The notes under the pieces are model-generated. The model saw nothing but the letters and a program-made list of their open reading frames with translations, was not told the DNA's origin and ran no database searches. The translations under genes were made by a program, and so were the position numbers. Positions 41,401-54,678 of a stretch of DNA of 64,000 nt are shown piece after piece (the stretch's first letter is position 1; every line of letters begins with the position of its first letter). The stretch comes from Prorocentrum cordatum. Taxonomy: Eukaryota. The stretch spans positions 558,001 to 622,000 of the forward strand of contig CAUYUJ010000203.1 in the NCBI GenBank assembly GCA_963575745.1, given 5' to 3'.

Positions 41401-42884
41401 CACCCCAGCACCCCTGAGGACTCAACCCACATCAGCGTCGCCGTCGCTACCGCCGTCGCCGCCGTCGTCGTTCCCCTTCAGGGACGGGTCCCGGAGCTCA
41501 AAAAGGACTCTGGACGAATCGCCGAACGATCTGTGCAAGACGCCTTCGCAGCCTCTGGACGGCCCCAAAGGCCTGCAAGACGGCGCAAAATGCCTCCAGG
41601 CGCAATCCCACGAAGGCCAAAAAATGCAAAATCCGTCGATTCTCGTGCGTTTTCCAAAGATTCTTGCGTTCTCGTGTCTTTCGCTCCCTGAAGCTCCCAG
41701 ACAACCCCACATGCCCCCAAGATCGCCCCGAGCCGCCCCAATAAGCCTCCAACAGAGTCCTAAAACGGTCCACGAGGGCCCCCATTGCGGGCCACAACGC
41801 CCCCAGCCCCAAGGCCCTCAAGCCTCGAACGGGCCCCACACTGCCCCCCGCGGCTCACGAGAGCGTTCGAAACACACCCCAGCACGCATCCCTCAGGACT
41901 CTCACCCACGCCAGAGTCTTCCCAGACGGCCGAAAAAGCTTCCAAGGACATCTCCTGGGAGGCCCCAAGAAACGAAACACATTGATTTTCTTTATGTCTT
42001 CCAATGCTTCTCGAGATTCGCTCCTTGTTGGCCTGCAGACGGCCCGAGACGACTCAAGAAGCCCCCGAGATCGCCCCAGGAGCGCCCAAGACGCCTCCGC
42101 TGTGGCCCCAATACAGCCCGAGAGGGCCCCAAGACGGCCACAAGACGGCTCCAAGACCTGCCAGATGGCCGCCAAGCCGGCCAAGATTCCCCCGAAGTGG
42201 CTTTCAACAAATCTCCAAGAGGAACACGATGGCCCCAAAAGAGCGATGGCTCCAAGATGTCACGACGGCCCAACTCAAGGAGGCCCAAGAAGCCATCAAA
42301 ACCGCCCAGGAGAGCTCCAAAAAGATCCGCCAGGAGGCCCGAATCAGCAAAAATCACAGATTGCCTAAACAGTTTTTGAACGATTGTCGCTGCGAACATC
42401 CGTCCGCTCAAGACGGCCCTAGACGCCTCCAAGATTGCTCCAAAACGGCCCGAAAGACCCCCGAAATGACACAAGAGGCCTCCACGACGGCATCAAGACT
42501 GTGCAAGAGGGGCCTTAGATGGCCCAGGACCGCACCAAAAGAGCCCCAAGAGGGCCTTCGGAGGAATCCAAGACGGCCCAGGAAGGCCACCAAGACCACC
42601 AAGATGGCCCAAGGCAGCCCAGGACCCTCTGGAGTACCCGAGAAGACAAAAAACAGCAATTTCCTTGGTTTCCGTCAGCTCAAGACGGTCCAAGACGCCT
42701 CCAAGATTGCCCCAAGACAGCTCAGGAGAGCCCCAAATTGCCCAGGAGGCCTCCAAGAGTGCTTCGAGACGGCGCAAGAGGAGCCCTGGACGGCCCAAGA
42801 CGGCCTCAAGAGAGCCCCAACTGTCCCAAGAAAGCCTCTGGCCTCCTCCTCCTCCTCCTCCTCCTCCTCCTCCTCCTCCTCCTC

Positions 42885-42915
<31 letters not shown>

Positions 42916-45064
42916 TGGCTCCCCCTCCTCCTGCTCTCCTCTGCCTCCTTCTCCTCCTCTTGCTTCTCCTCCACATCCTTCTCTCCCCCCTCCTCCTCCC
43001 CCATCCACTTCCTCCACCCTTCCTCCACCTCCCACTCATCCTCCCCTTGCCCACCCCTCGTTTTCATCTTCGTCGTTCTCAGGGTCAGTGGCACCGACCG
43101 TAAGGCCTTCGCAATATACGATGTCCTCCGACCAGCCCTCTGACTTTGGGTGGTATAGAGAATTCTTTCCTCTCTATCCTGAAATCCCTTCTTCCCCTTC
43201 GGGATGGGTGTACTTTGCCCCCTACCTCCTCCTAAGATCTGGACGCCCACCCCCCCGCCCTCGCGAGGTGGTAGACCCTTTGAGGCCCAAGATGGGTCCG
43301 AGAGGGCCCCCGATGCTCCAAACATGATCCAGGAAAGCTTTTGACATTTCTTCCAGAGTTCCCAGGATGGCCCCAAGACGGCCCCAAGAGCCCCTGGGGT
43401 CCCTCAATGATCCCTCGAATAAGCCCCAACCCTTCAAACACACTGTGCGTTTCAATGTGTTCTGCAGTCTCGCCTGCTCGCTTTCGATGGGCCTCTCAGG
43501 CCTCAAAATGACCCCAAGATGGCCCAAGAGAGCCAACGAGGGATCCAAGAGGGCCCCAAGACGGCCCTAAGAGCGCCCAAGGGTGTCCTAAGAGGACCCC
43601 CCAAGGCAATTGACCTGCCTCCGAAGGGGGGACCTAATTTCTGGGACCCGCTGTTTTGATCGCTGGTCTCCAGGATAGCCTCATGGGCCTCAAGAGGCCC
43701 TCCAGCCCCCTAAGAGTTCGCCAAGAAAGCCCAAAGAAGGCACCAAAGACCCAAGAGAACCCAAAAGGCTTGCAAGATGGCTTCAAGCGGCTCCCCCGAG
43801 TCTCTAGCTGCACCCTTGATGGCATCTCGGCTTCACTGTATGCTTACCTACGCCGTCCTCCAGACAGCTCTCGTGAGCGTAGCTTCTGGACGAGCTGGTT
43901 GGGATATGCGCAAGAATGCACCAAGAGATCCGCGCTCATACGCTGTTCGCGCGGCGGACACACCACCGGGCCTCGTCACCACCAGGCCTCCTGTTGCTCC
44001 TCCACCCCCTCTTCTCCCTGACCGCCTCACTGGGCGGTCGCTGGGCCTGTGCGAGCCCCGCCTGCGGGAGTGGCCCACGAGGCCCGCCTTCTGAAACCAC
44101 CCGGGTCTAACTTTCTGCTGCGCGTGATGTGTAGCCACTCCAGGATCCTGTGGTTCTTGCCTGCGCCTATGCCTCTTCAAATCAACGAGGCCTCGAACTT
44201 GAGGCCCATCTTCGCGTTGCCCGTGAGCGTCTGCAGCCACACCTGCGGCGCAAACGCGTGGGAGGAGCAGGATGACGATGTGGATGGGAAGGGGAAAATG
44301 TATGCTTCCGCCCTCCCATCTCCCGCCCTCCTCATCCTCCTCCTCGTCCTAGCGAACGAGGTCGGCGGCACCGACCGCCAGGCCTTCGCGATATGTTGCC
44401 GCTGGCACCCTGGTGGTCTGGCGCCGCCCACCCGGGTGTTGAGAAACATCTCCTCGATGGGCAGCCCCCTCCCCGTGGCGGGTTTGAAACCTCTGGCCGA
44501 CACGCCTGGCCCTGGTAGACACCAGACCTAAGACGGGTCTGGTGCTGCAGGAGGCGGAGGATGAGCAGCAGGGGGGGCATGCGAAGACGAAAGAAGGAGT
44601 ACACAGCCCAAGGGGATTACATGCGAAGAAGAAAGGAGGAGGTGGAGGAGGGACGAGGATAACGATGAGGAATGGCAGGAGGACGGAAGGGGGCGGGGAT
44701 CTATGAGGAAGGGACGACGATGATGACATGAAGAGGTCGAGCGCATGGAGGATGGATCATTGCCAGATTCGGTGCCCGTGTGTCAGGCGCCTCATCCTTG
44801 CGAAGGTCGCGTAAGACGAGTGGAGAATGAGGAGGACGAGAAGGAGGAAAAAGGAGAGGGTGGGCAGGTGGGAGGTGGGAGGAGGAGGGAGGACAAGGAG
44901 GCCGTGGACGGGCGGCGGCGGTCGCGCCGGCGAGGTGGACAACTCCGTCGCCGCCGCGGCACTGCCGCCCAGGCACCGCGGGTCCTGGCGGCGGCCATCC
45001 ATCCCTCGCCCTCGCTCCTGCCTTTGCCGATGCGCCTAGTCCGCTGCCTCGTGCCCCCTGCTAG

Positions 45065-45928
45065 TCATCTGCAGCATCATCGTCATCATCACCACCCTGG
45101 TCATCGTCATCGCCACCGTCACCATCGCCCAAGGGCTCATCATCGTCGACATCCCCATCGGATCGTCACCGTCAATCTTGGCATCGGCATGACAGTCATC
45201 ATCACCATTGTCACCTTCATCGTCATGAGCGCCATGATCATCATCAACATCAGCATCGTCATCATCACCATCATCACCATCATCACCATCATCACCATCA
45301 TCATCATCATCTTCATCATCTTCATCATCATCGTCATCTTCATCATCATTATCATCATCATCATCATCATGATCATCATCATCATCATCATCATCATCTT
45401 CTTCATCATCATCATCATCAACACCATCATCACCACCATCATCATCCCCGCCTGCTCTTCCTCTCCCCTCCCCCATGAATCCTCGTCCGGCTCCTCTTCC
45501 TCTCCTACTGTTGCTGGTTCTGCTCTCCGTGCTTTCATTTTCTCCGCATGCCCCTCCTCTTTCTGGTTCCCCTCTTTCGCTCTCTGTTCCTCCTCTTCCT
45601 CCTCGAAAAGCTATGCTCTCCTCTCCTTCTAAAGTCTCCTCCTCCTCCTCCTATGATCTTATATCGCGGGTCCTACAAAACTGGCGTATAGACCTGTCTC
45701 TGGCCGTATAGCTGGATTCGCCACTGGACGGCGAAACTCGAAGATGTCACATGCCCCCCTCGGCGACTGCTGCTAAAGTCCAATGCCAATTCTCCTCCTA
45801 CTGCCCTCCTCCTTCTCTTCGATGACCCTCCCTCTCCTCGAGATTCCTCTCCGTCTCCTTCCTCTCCCCATCGTCCTCTCCTCTCCGCACCTCGTCTCAC
45901 CGTTACAGCATCATCATCACCAGATCAG

Positions 45929-45969
<41 letters not shown>

Positions 45970-46270
45970 GATCACCATCGTCAGATCACCATCACCATCA
46001 GAAGCAGCACAAGCAGCAGCAGTCGCGGTAGCATCAGCATCAGCATCATCATTGCTATCGACGTCCTCATCAGTAGCATGAGCATCAGCATTAGCATCAG
46101 CATGGTCATAATCACCCATTCATTATCATCGTCATCGTCATGACAATTGCAGTCATCCTTATCATCCCCCTCATCCTGATCCTGATCATCATGATCATGC
46201 TCATCCTCCTCCGCATCCTCCTCCTCGTCATCATCATCACCATCAAACTCATCATCAAACTCATCATCAT

Positions 46271-46321
<51 letters not shown>

Positions 46322-46813
46322 AATCATCACCATCATCATCGCAAACACTATGGCCGTCACACTCATCACCATCATCATCATCCTCCTCACCATCATCAGC
46401 GTCAGCATCACCACCAACATCATATGAACCATCACCATCGCCATAACAATTACCATTGCCATCATTACTGTCACCGTCACCAATATCATCTTCATCATCG
46501 CCACCAACATCATCATCACCATCACAATCATTATCCATACCACCATCAGCATCATCGTCACCGTCGTCGTCACCATTATCACTACCATCACGATCATCAC
46601 CATTGTCATCATCACTATCACCACCATCATCACCATAGTCATCACCACCAGCATCATCATCATCAGCAGCAACAACAGCATCAGCATCAGCATCAGTTTT
46701 ATCAGAATCAGCATCACAATCACCATCATCATCACCATAGTCATCACCACCAGCATCATCAGCAGAAATACCATCATCCTTATCATCATCATCATCATCA
46801 CCATCACCATCAC

Positions 46814-46860
<47 letters not shown>

Positions 46861-46984
46861 GCATCATCACATTCATCATCATTCTCATCAGCATAATTAT
46901 CATCGACATCAGCATCGCCATCATCGTCATCATCAGCATCAGCGTCATCCTCATCCTCATCCTCATCATCATCAGCAACATCAT

Positions 46985-47033
<49 letters not shown>

Positions 47034-47035
47034 GT
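45065..47035 (+). repeat. (CAT)n microsatellites (45065-45445, 45908-47035)
   Basis: Seen directly. Confidence 0.95.
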
Positions 47036-48470
47036 CTTCACCCCTCGTTTGGGTCACCCCCCACTGCCACCAGCCAGAGAGGCTCAAGAAACTCTCTAAC
47101 TTCTGACCGATGTTGTCGGCTAGATGGCCCCGGAACACGGGGTAGGGGTGTCCGCCGCACCTTCGCCCTCTCCAATGACCCCCAACTCCCTCTCCTCCAG
47201 AGCCGGGCACTGCTGAATGCAAGCCCTGCGGGTGGCAGCGGAAACAAGCCGTCTGCACCATCCCCGCTGCCTGCAGCCGGCAGGCGTAAGACGAAGCCAG
47301 GAAGAGGACAAAATCCCGTGAAAAGAAGTCGAGAACCTCTGAGATCCGGCGACGCAGAAGGATATCTCGGGCGCCGCGGCCTTCTCAGAGCGTTCCAGAA
47401 CGCTCTGGAACGGATTCAGCCTCGTCCTGGCCCGTCCTGCCCTTGAAAGAGAAGCGCCCGACCCGCGTCCGGGACAATTGGGATCTGTGCGACGGCAGGC
47501 CTCGACTGCACTAACGTCTCGGGCCCTCCGCCCCCCTCCTGGTCTCCTCCCCCCCATGCAGGCATCCCCCTGGCCACGGCTGCTGAGAGGTACGGCAACG
47601 CTCACACTTGAGGAGGGGGCAGGAGGACGGAAGAAGGAGGGAGGCAAGAATCAACTTTTCACTCCCCCTCCTCCTCCTCCTCCTCATCCTCCTCTTCATC
47701 TGCATCCTCCCACTTGCGATCCACAAAATGTGTGATTTTTGGTCCGAAGGCCAGGTCTCTTGAGCTTGAGCGACAAAGTGGTGCAACATTGCATGGCTGC
47801 TCAGCGCAATCTCTGCGGCATCAGATATGCAAGAAGCACTGAGGTAACCTTCGCACTCAAATGCATGAGTCACAGGTGCCATCGCGGTCGTATTTCTGAG
47901 GTCCCATCACGATCTACCAGGTCAGACAATTCCTCGTCCGAGGTGCTATCTTGCTGGAGAATTTTCGCATGCATACGGACGGCTGCGAATCTTGCATCGT
48001 CCTCCTACCTGTCCCGCCCTTCCTCGTCATGCTCCTGCTCTTGACTGCTCTCTTTCCTGCTAGTCGAGCCTCGCGTTTCCGACGCCATCAAGACATGTAC
48101 TCGCAAGCAGAATCTGGCCTCCACCCCTTCCTGTCTCTCATTCCACATACCCCATTCTGGCTTCCCTCCCTCCTCCAGCTCCTCCCACCTCCATTCGTCC
48201 CCTCCCCTGCCTCCTCCCGCCGGGAGCCACACAAGCCGCCAATGCAACGCAGCAAGATTCGGCAGAATATTTGCCAGGAGCAGACCAGGCGCGAAGGAAG
48301 GGAGAGAGGAGGGAGGAATGAAGCAGAACATGCCCGGGCCCCTCCCTTACCCCCACCCCCTTAGCATGGGGGAACGCAGCCCTGGAGAACACGGGCCCTG
48401 GACCTCGGGACTCTCCCCAGGACAAGCGCTCAATCCTGAGCCGTTGATTGACTGTCCCAAGGCCCTGGAG

Positions 48471-48817
48471 TGGGGAGACCAAAAGGTACCGATAGCGCTG
48501 CTCCCCGGACCTCTCCTGCGTTGCCTTCTGACCAGAAGTTCGAGGCGAATCCAGCGGTGACGACGAAAGCCTCCCAGGAGGCCGAACAAGTGGAAAACGA
48601 GGGAAGGGTAGAGGAATGGGTACATGTTCCTTCTCTGATGAAGGGCCCCGGAGCCCGAGAACGCCCTCATGTCAGCCCTCCCTGGAGGAATCCAAAGGGT
48701 ACTGATGCCGCTCTCCCCGGACCTCTCCCGGGGTGCGCTCCGCCGAAGATGTTTCGAGCCGCATCCAGCAGAGGCGACCGGGGAAGGCTAGCGGTGTCGG
48801 TACTAGTGCCCTGTCTA
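48471..48817. mobile_element. Two MITE family A copies (48471-48638 and degenerate about 48683-48817)
   Basis: Both share the GGTACYGAT.CGCT..CCCGGACCTCTCC...CGAG.CG.ATCCAGC core. The first copy is flanked by TGGAG and TGAAG. Confidence 0.75.
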
Positions 48818-49596
48818 GGAGGAGGAGGAGGATGAAGAGGAGGAGGAGGAGGAGGAGGAGGAGGAGGAGGAGGAGGAGGAAAAGGAGGAGGACGACGACG
48901 AAGAGGAAGAGGAGGCCCCTGACTCCCCCCTCCCCCCCTCCGTTCGGACGCCCGAGATAGTTACGGGAAAAACGGGCACGATGCCAAATAATGACAATCA
49001 ATGTAATCCAAAATCGACCGCGGTCGCTGCTGGCCAGGCGACCTTCTGTGTCAAATGGACAACGGCGGCGGCGACACCGATAGCGAGTCCTGCCCAAACT
49101 GAACAGGAACTGCAGTCGGCCCTCGTACCTATACGATCACCTTTCGGGTTATAGGGAGGTAACACCCACTGACAACAACTGCGATGACTGTGGTGGCGAT
49201 GACATGGCGACATTGCACGATGACACTGATGGTGAGAATAAACAATGGTGACTGACATGAAGGCGACACAGCCGCGATGGGGTTCACACCACATACGTGC
49301 GACCTCGCATTCGACTCCAAACTGGTTTCGCAATCGATCTCACCATCGATCTGAGTATCGATAGCACCACCGATCTCACTATCGCGCTCGATATCGCTCG
49401 CAATATCAATCCCATCATCGATCCCACTGTCGATCTCACAAGAGATCTCACTATCAACCTCACAAGAGATCTCACGAGACACCATCGGGACACCACGATG
49501 GGCCCCCCCGCCACGACGGGGCACCCCTATCGATCTCACGAGCGATCTCTTGATCTCACTTTCACGATCGATCACATTATCGATCCCACTATCGAT

Positions 49597-50754
49597 GAAA
49601 GAGCGTGTTCTACCGCTGCTGGCGGAAAACCGGGGGGGGTCACTACCGGTTCGAACCCCTCCCCCCCCCCCCCCCCCCCCCTCCGGAAAACCGGGGGGGG
49701 TCACTACCGGTTCGCACCCCTCCCCCCCCCCCCCTCATCATGAAAAGGGGGGGTCACTACCGGTTCGAACCCCCCCCCCCCTCTCGAAAACCCAGTGGGG
49801 GTGCGGACAGAGGTGGGGACGGTGTTGGTGGGACAGTGGTGAGGGGATAGCGGGACAGTGGTGGGGACAGTGGGACAGTGGGACAGTGGTGGGGACGGTA
49901 GTGGTGGGGACAGTGGTGGGGACAATGGTGGGAACAGGGGGGGACAGTGGACAGTGGTGGTGACGGTGGTGGTGGGGACAGTGGTGTGGGGACAATGGGA
50001 ATGAGGTGGAAACAGTGGGACAGTGGAGGGTACAATGGTGGTGGGGACAGTGGTGAAGGCGGTGGCGAGGACGGCGGTGGGACAATGGGACAGAGGTACA
50101 GTGGGGACAGTGGTGGGGAAAGTGGGGACAGTGGTGGGAACAGTGGGACAGCTCAGTGGGACAGCGGAGGAGTCAGTGGGACAGTGGGGACAGTGGGGAT
50201 AGTCGGGCAGTGGTTGGGGCCGTGGAGACAGTGGGGAGAGTGGAACCGTGGTGGGAACAGTGCTGGGGACAGCGGGGACAGTGCGACAGTGGTGGGGCCA
50301 CTGGTGGGGACAGTAGGGGCGGTGGTGGAACCAGTGGGGACAGCGGTGGTGAGGACAGTGGTGCTGGGAACACCAGTGGGGGATGTGATGCGGACGGTGG
50401 TGGGGACCGGGAGTCGTTTGCTGGCGGTGAGTAGGGGGGGGGGGGGGGGGGAAGGGGGGGTGCGAACCGGTAGTGACCCCCCCAGTTTTCCGGATCCGGA
50501 GGGTAGGGGGGGGGGGGGGGGGGGGGGGGGGGGTTCGAACCGGTAGTGACCCCCCCGGTTTTCGAGCGGGAGGGGGGGGGGGGGGGGGGTTAGGGGAGGG
50601 GGGGGTTTTGCCGGGGGAGGGGGGGGGGGGGGGGGGAGGGGTTCCAGCAGGGGGGGGGGGGATTTTCGGAGGGGGGGGGGGGGGGGACCCCCGGGTTCCG
50701 GAGGAAAAGGTTGGCAATTTTCCACAGTAAAGCGGCGGTGGATCACGCTCTCTC
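49597..50754. mobile_element. Foldback-like element with TIRs, subterminal repeats and central GGGACAGT minisatellite
   Basis: TIR is GAGCGTG(T/A)TC(T/C)ACCGC(T/C)GCT. GGGGTCACTACCGGTTCG occurs 3 times on the left and twice inverted on the right. The element splits a GATCTCAC repeat array; candidate TSD is GAT or TCGAT. Confidence 0.7.
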
Positions 50755-51236
50755 GATATCACTATCGATATCGATCTCACAACTGATATCACGAGCTACC
50801 ATGGAGACGCCACGGCGGGACACCGTGAGCTACCGTCGGGACACCCCGCGCCACCGACGGGGCAACCCGCGCCACCGACGGGGCACCCCGGCGCCACCGA
50901 CGGGACACCTCCAGCCACCGCGCGCGCGGGTGGGGGCGGACAACCGGCTCCAGTCCCTAGCCACGGCGGCATCACTCCCCTCGCGCGACCACGCAGCTTC
51001 GCTTCGCCCGCACGCACGACGCGAACACGAAACCGAAGCCGAGTTCCTGGTGGGGGGGCCCTGCGTTCCACTGTGATATCACCCCCCAACCTTCGACACT
51101 GGATGGGGCAATGATCGCCCCAACCCCTTCCCTGGATCCGCTGGGGGGGTTGGGCACGTGCTGCTGGAACCGTTGGAGAGGTGGTTGGAGGAGGAGGAGG
51201 AGGAGGAGGAGGAGGAGGAGGAGGAGGAGGAGGAGA

Positions 51237-51254
51237 AAGCCCCTGTGGCTCAGG
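51237..51254 (+). other. Weak relict spliced leader
   Basis: AAGCCCCTGTGGCTCAGG matches TAGCCATTTTGGCTCAAG at 13/18 and ends 72 nt upstream of the 51327 ATG. Confidence 0.4.
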
Positions 51255-51326
51255 CGTCTGCCTGAGGAGGGGCCATTCGCTTGCACGTGCGAGCCGCTGT
51301 TCTCCCCCCTTGCCCCTCGCGCCGCC

Positions 51327-52268
51327 ATGGTCTCAGCAGCCAGGCTCCATTGGATCATCCAGGAGCTAGCGAATGGCCGCCAAGGTGCTGTCAAAATGTG
51401 CAGCCACAGCGACAAGCTGATCATGCAGATCTGCCTGTTCCCCGTCTGGGAGCCGACTATGCGGAACAGCCTCATGATAAGTTTGCTCCACATGGTGCAG
51501 CTGGACATCGACAGCGCTAGTATCGTGGACCACGGGCACAAGAACTCCAAAGGCGAGTCCCACATCCGTCTTGTCGTGAAGCCCCTTCCGGTTTTCTTCG
51601 GAGGCTTTTCTGATACGCCGCCGGACACGCGTTCAGCGGTGCAGGAGGGCTCCGAGCGCCAGACGCACGCCGAGTCCATCGGGCCAGTCCTGGCGCACGA
51701 GAAGGATGAGTCGTCCAGCGTGCAGCTTCCCGGTGAAGGTGGCGCGACTGGCTCGGGCTCTGTGGCGATGGAGAGCGAACCCTGTGCCAAGGCGGAGACT
51801 GATATTGACGTGGTGAGGCCCCAGCGGCACGGAAAGGCCATTGTTCCTCAGCAGCAAAGCGAGAAGCACACATTCGTTCCAGGCATGGCCGCGCGCCTTG
51901 TTGGCCTCAAGGCTAGGCCGCTGCTAAATGGTCGTGAAGGCACCCTGTGCTTCTACGACGACGCTGCTGACCGCTGGGCCTTTAAGACTGGTGCGGAGGC
52001 CATTCGTGTCAAGGCATCTTGTCTTGAGCCTATCGGCTCCCATACGAAAAAGTCTCTCGGCATGGCGTTCCAAAAGGCCGCTTTCGAGTGCCAACATGTG
52101 GACCCAGTTGCTAACGACCAGGTGTTCCAGATATTCTACGACCTCGCTGCTCAAGAAGGGCAGCCTGGGGTGGCCGCTGTATTCCTACCGTTGCTCAGCG
52201 ACAAGACAGCCTTCGACAAGATGTACTGCCACACGGCCGCCAGGAGTCCTGAGATCGTCTACCAGTGA
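51327..52268 (+). CDS. Intronless hypothetical protein (313 aa) with a 'GLKARPxLNG' SH3-like module; possible retrogene
   Basis: The start context is GCCGCCATGG and the 942-nt ORF is non-repetitive. Residues FVPGMAARLVGLKARPLLNGREGTL..YDDAADRW......IRVKASCL resemble a small beta module recurrent in algal proteins (from recall, not searched). Confidence 0.7.
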   Translation: MVSAARLHWIIQELANGRQGAVKMCSHSDKLIMQICLFPVWEPTMRNSLMISLLHMVQLDIDSASIVDHGHKNSKGESHIRLVVKPLPVFFGGFSDTPPDTRSAVQEGSERQTHAESIGPVLAHEKDESSSVQLPGEGGATGSGSVAMESEPCAKAETDIDVVRPQRHGKAIVPQQQSEKHTFVPGMAARLVGLKARPLLNGREGTLCFYDDAADRWAFKTGAEAIRVKASCLEPIGSHTKKSLGMAFQKAAFECQHVDPVANDQVFQIFYDLAAQEGQPGVAAVFLPLLSDKTAFDKMYCHTAARSPEIVYQ

Positions 52269-54678
52269 GTGGCGCTTAGCTGCATTCTTGGTGCGCCTAG
52301 TGCCTCCATTCTTGTGCCCCCATTCGCCATTCCTTGCGCCCCACGTCGTCCGTTGGGTTGCGCTTCTCGTCATGGCTGCTGGCGCCCCCATGTACGTTGG
52401 GGCTGCGCTTCCCGCCTAAGGTCCTGGTTTCATGTGCTACTCGTTCCTTCGGGCGAGTGCAGTGTTGCCAGGTCTTGCGGGCGAGATTCGGCTGCGTCTC
52501 TCGTGCGCGTTGCTGCTCTCCTCGTCCCCCGCTATACTTGCGGCCTATCTCACCGCTGACGTATGCATGTGTGGACACCTCAGACATAGGTCCCTCAGGG
52601 CTGTGGGAAGAAAGAAAGGAGGAGGAGGAGGAGACGGCGGAGGCGGCGGAGGAGGAGGAGGAGGAACAGGAGGAGAAGGAAGAGGAGGTGGAGGAGGAGG
52701 ATATGGAGGACATGGAGGAGGAGGAGGAGGAGGAGGAGGAGGAGGAGGAGGAGGAGGAGGAGGAGAGGGGCAGGAGGGGGAGGAGGGGAAGGAGGGGGAG
52801 GAGGGAGGAGGATGGATCGGGGGGGGGGGGGGGGCAAGATCCGTCGCAAGGTCAATCCCCCCCCGTGAGAAAAATACCCCGTCCAGAGTTGCCGCGGACC
52901 CATCTCGTTCGTGCGGGCCACTCCACTCCGACGGAAAACAACCCGTCCTCGCCGACGAACCATGTCGTTCGCCAGCCGTGGGTTGCGAGCGTCCTTCTCC
53001 CACTGAGGGAAAAAAGCGGCGGATGTCATGGATCGGCGCTGGACCCTCCCATCCCTGGCGCGTGAAGCGCGCCATGGGCGGCGCCGCCACCAGGGGACCC
53101 AGCGCCGATTCAAGAAATCCGTACGGACCGTCGAACATGTCTGCTCATCCCGCTGTTTCTTCCTCGATCTCCGTGCCCATCTCGCCCGAGCCATCCTCCG
53201 CCCATTTCAACCACTTCGCTCGTGGGCATCGTTTACCCGACCCCATGGGCGTTGCCTGGGTCCCGCTGGCCGATTTACCCCCCTAGATAGGGATCTACGC
53301 CGCCCCCTTCGGGGTTCGAGGGGTAGATCCCCGACCGGGGTGCTGAGATGGCGGGGGTCTGGATGGGGATGGGGATGAGGATGGGGATGGGGATAGGGGT
53401 CGGTTCAACGATACTCTGAACTTCTATTGAATTCACGGGGGGGTGGACCACCCTCCCCTGGCACGCCCGTGGACGCGCCACGGCCAACGACCCCTGGCAC
53501 GCAGCGACCAACTCCAACCCCCCGCCACCCCCGCGGACACGCCACGGCCATCCATGGCCATCCCCCCTGGCACTCCAAGTGGGGGACGATTACTTCAAGA
53601 GCCACAGTACTGAGCTCGTGCACATCTTCGGCGGCGAGCGAGGGGGGAGGAGTGCGGAGAAGGCCTTCTCAGAAGGCGGCGGGACTTCTCAGAAGCCCTC
53701 GCGCCTTCCGAGAGGTGTCCTGTGCCTTCGCGGAAGGCCCACAACACTCCCCCGAAGGCTGGGGGTCTCCGCGCCTCCTGCGAAGTCCCGCTCCCCCTCT
53801 CGAGAGGGGGAGCGGGCCTTCACAGGATGCGAGAGGGAGGGCTCTCCCTCCCTCCCCCTCCCCCTTCGCCCGCCGCCGACATTCTCTCCGTGCCCACGTT
53901 TTTTTGCTCCCTCAGCGCCCCGCCCCGGGAGCCGCCCACCCTGCCCCCCCCCTTCGTCTGGGCGCCCGAAAAGGATCCACAAAGTAGCTGGCACGATGCC
54001 CGAGAGCAAATGGGATCCAAACTCGACAGCGGCCGCTGCTGGGCAGGCGGCCTCCTGCCCAAAAAACGGACAACGTCCGCAGCGGGGCAGACAGCGAGAC
54101 CGGTTCAAGATGTACGGGAGCTGCTGTTGGGCATCGTACCCATGCTTTCCGTACCCATTTTGCTCGTGCCGCTTCCAGAGCACGGCCCCGGGGCCCGGCG
54201 AGGGCCCCCCGAGGCCGACAACACTGCAACCAAACCGCCGCACGGAGCGCTCCCACACGCCGGAGGCCCTGACCGACGGCGTGCTCGTGGCCGTCTCGCT
54301 CGCGCCGAGCGCAGGCACCGCGCCGCGCCGCTCGAACGCGCCGCGCCGCACCGCAGGCAGAGCGCTCGCTCGCTCGAACGCGCCGCGCCCGCGCCCAGCG
54401 GGCGAAGGCCCCCGCCCGGGGGCCCCCGCTGGCCGGGGCGGAGCCGCGGCGGGTCGCCGCGCCACGCCCGGGGAGGGGGGGGGAGCGAGGGAGGAGGGGC
54501 GGAGCCGACGGAGGCAGGAGGATGGAGGGAGGAGGAGGGAGGAGGAGGGAGGAGGAGGGAGGAGGGAGGAGGGAGGAAAAGGGAGGATGGAGGGAGGAGG
54601 GAGGGAGGGAGGAGGGAGGAGGAGGGAGGAGAGAGAAGGCAGGAGGGAGGAGGGAAGGAAGGGGGGCAGGCCCTGCTC

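Noticed and set aside
31971..43143. P/R/K-rich ORFs in CCAAGA regions
   Set aside because: Minisatellite-derived and open on both strands.
8703..47446. Long poly-T/L/V/H/D/M/I ORFs (e.g. 8703-9341, 20809-22311, 45981-47261)
   Set aside because: These are translations of trinucleotide microsatellites, open in several frames.
47766..47782. SL-like CCACTTTGTCGCTCAAG (minus); also GCCATTTTG near 38673
   Set aside because: The first needs a gap to align and the second is too short. No clear downstream gene start in either case.
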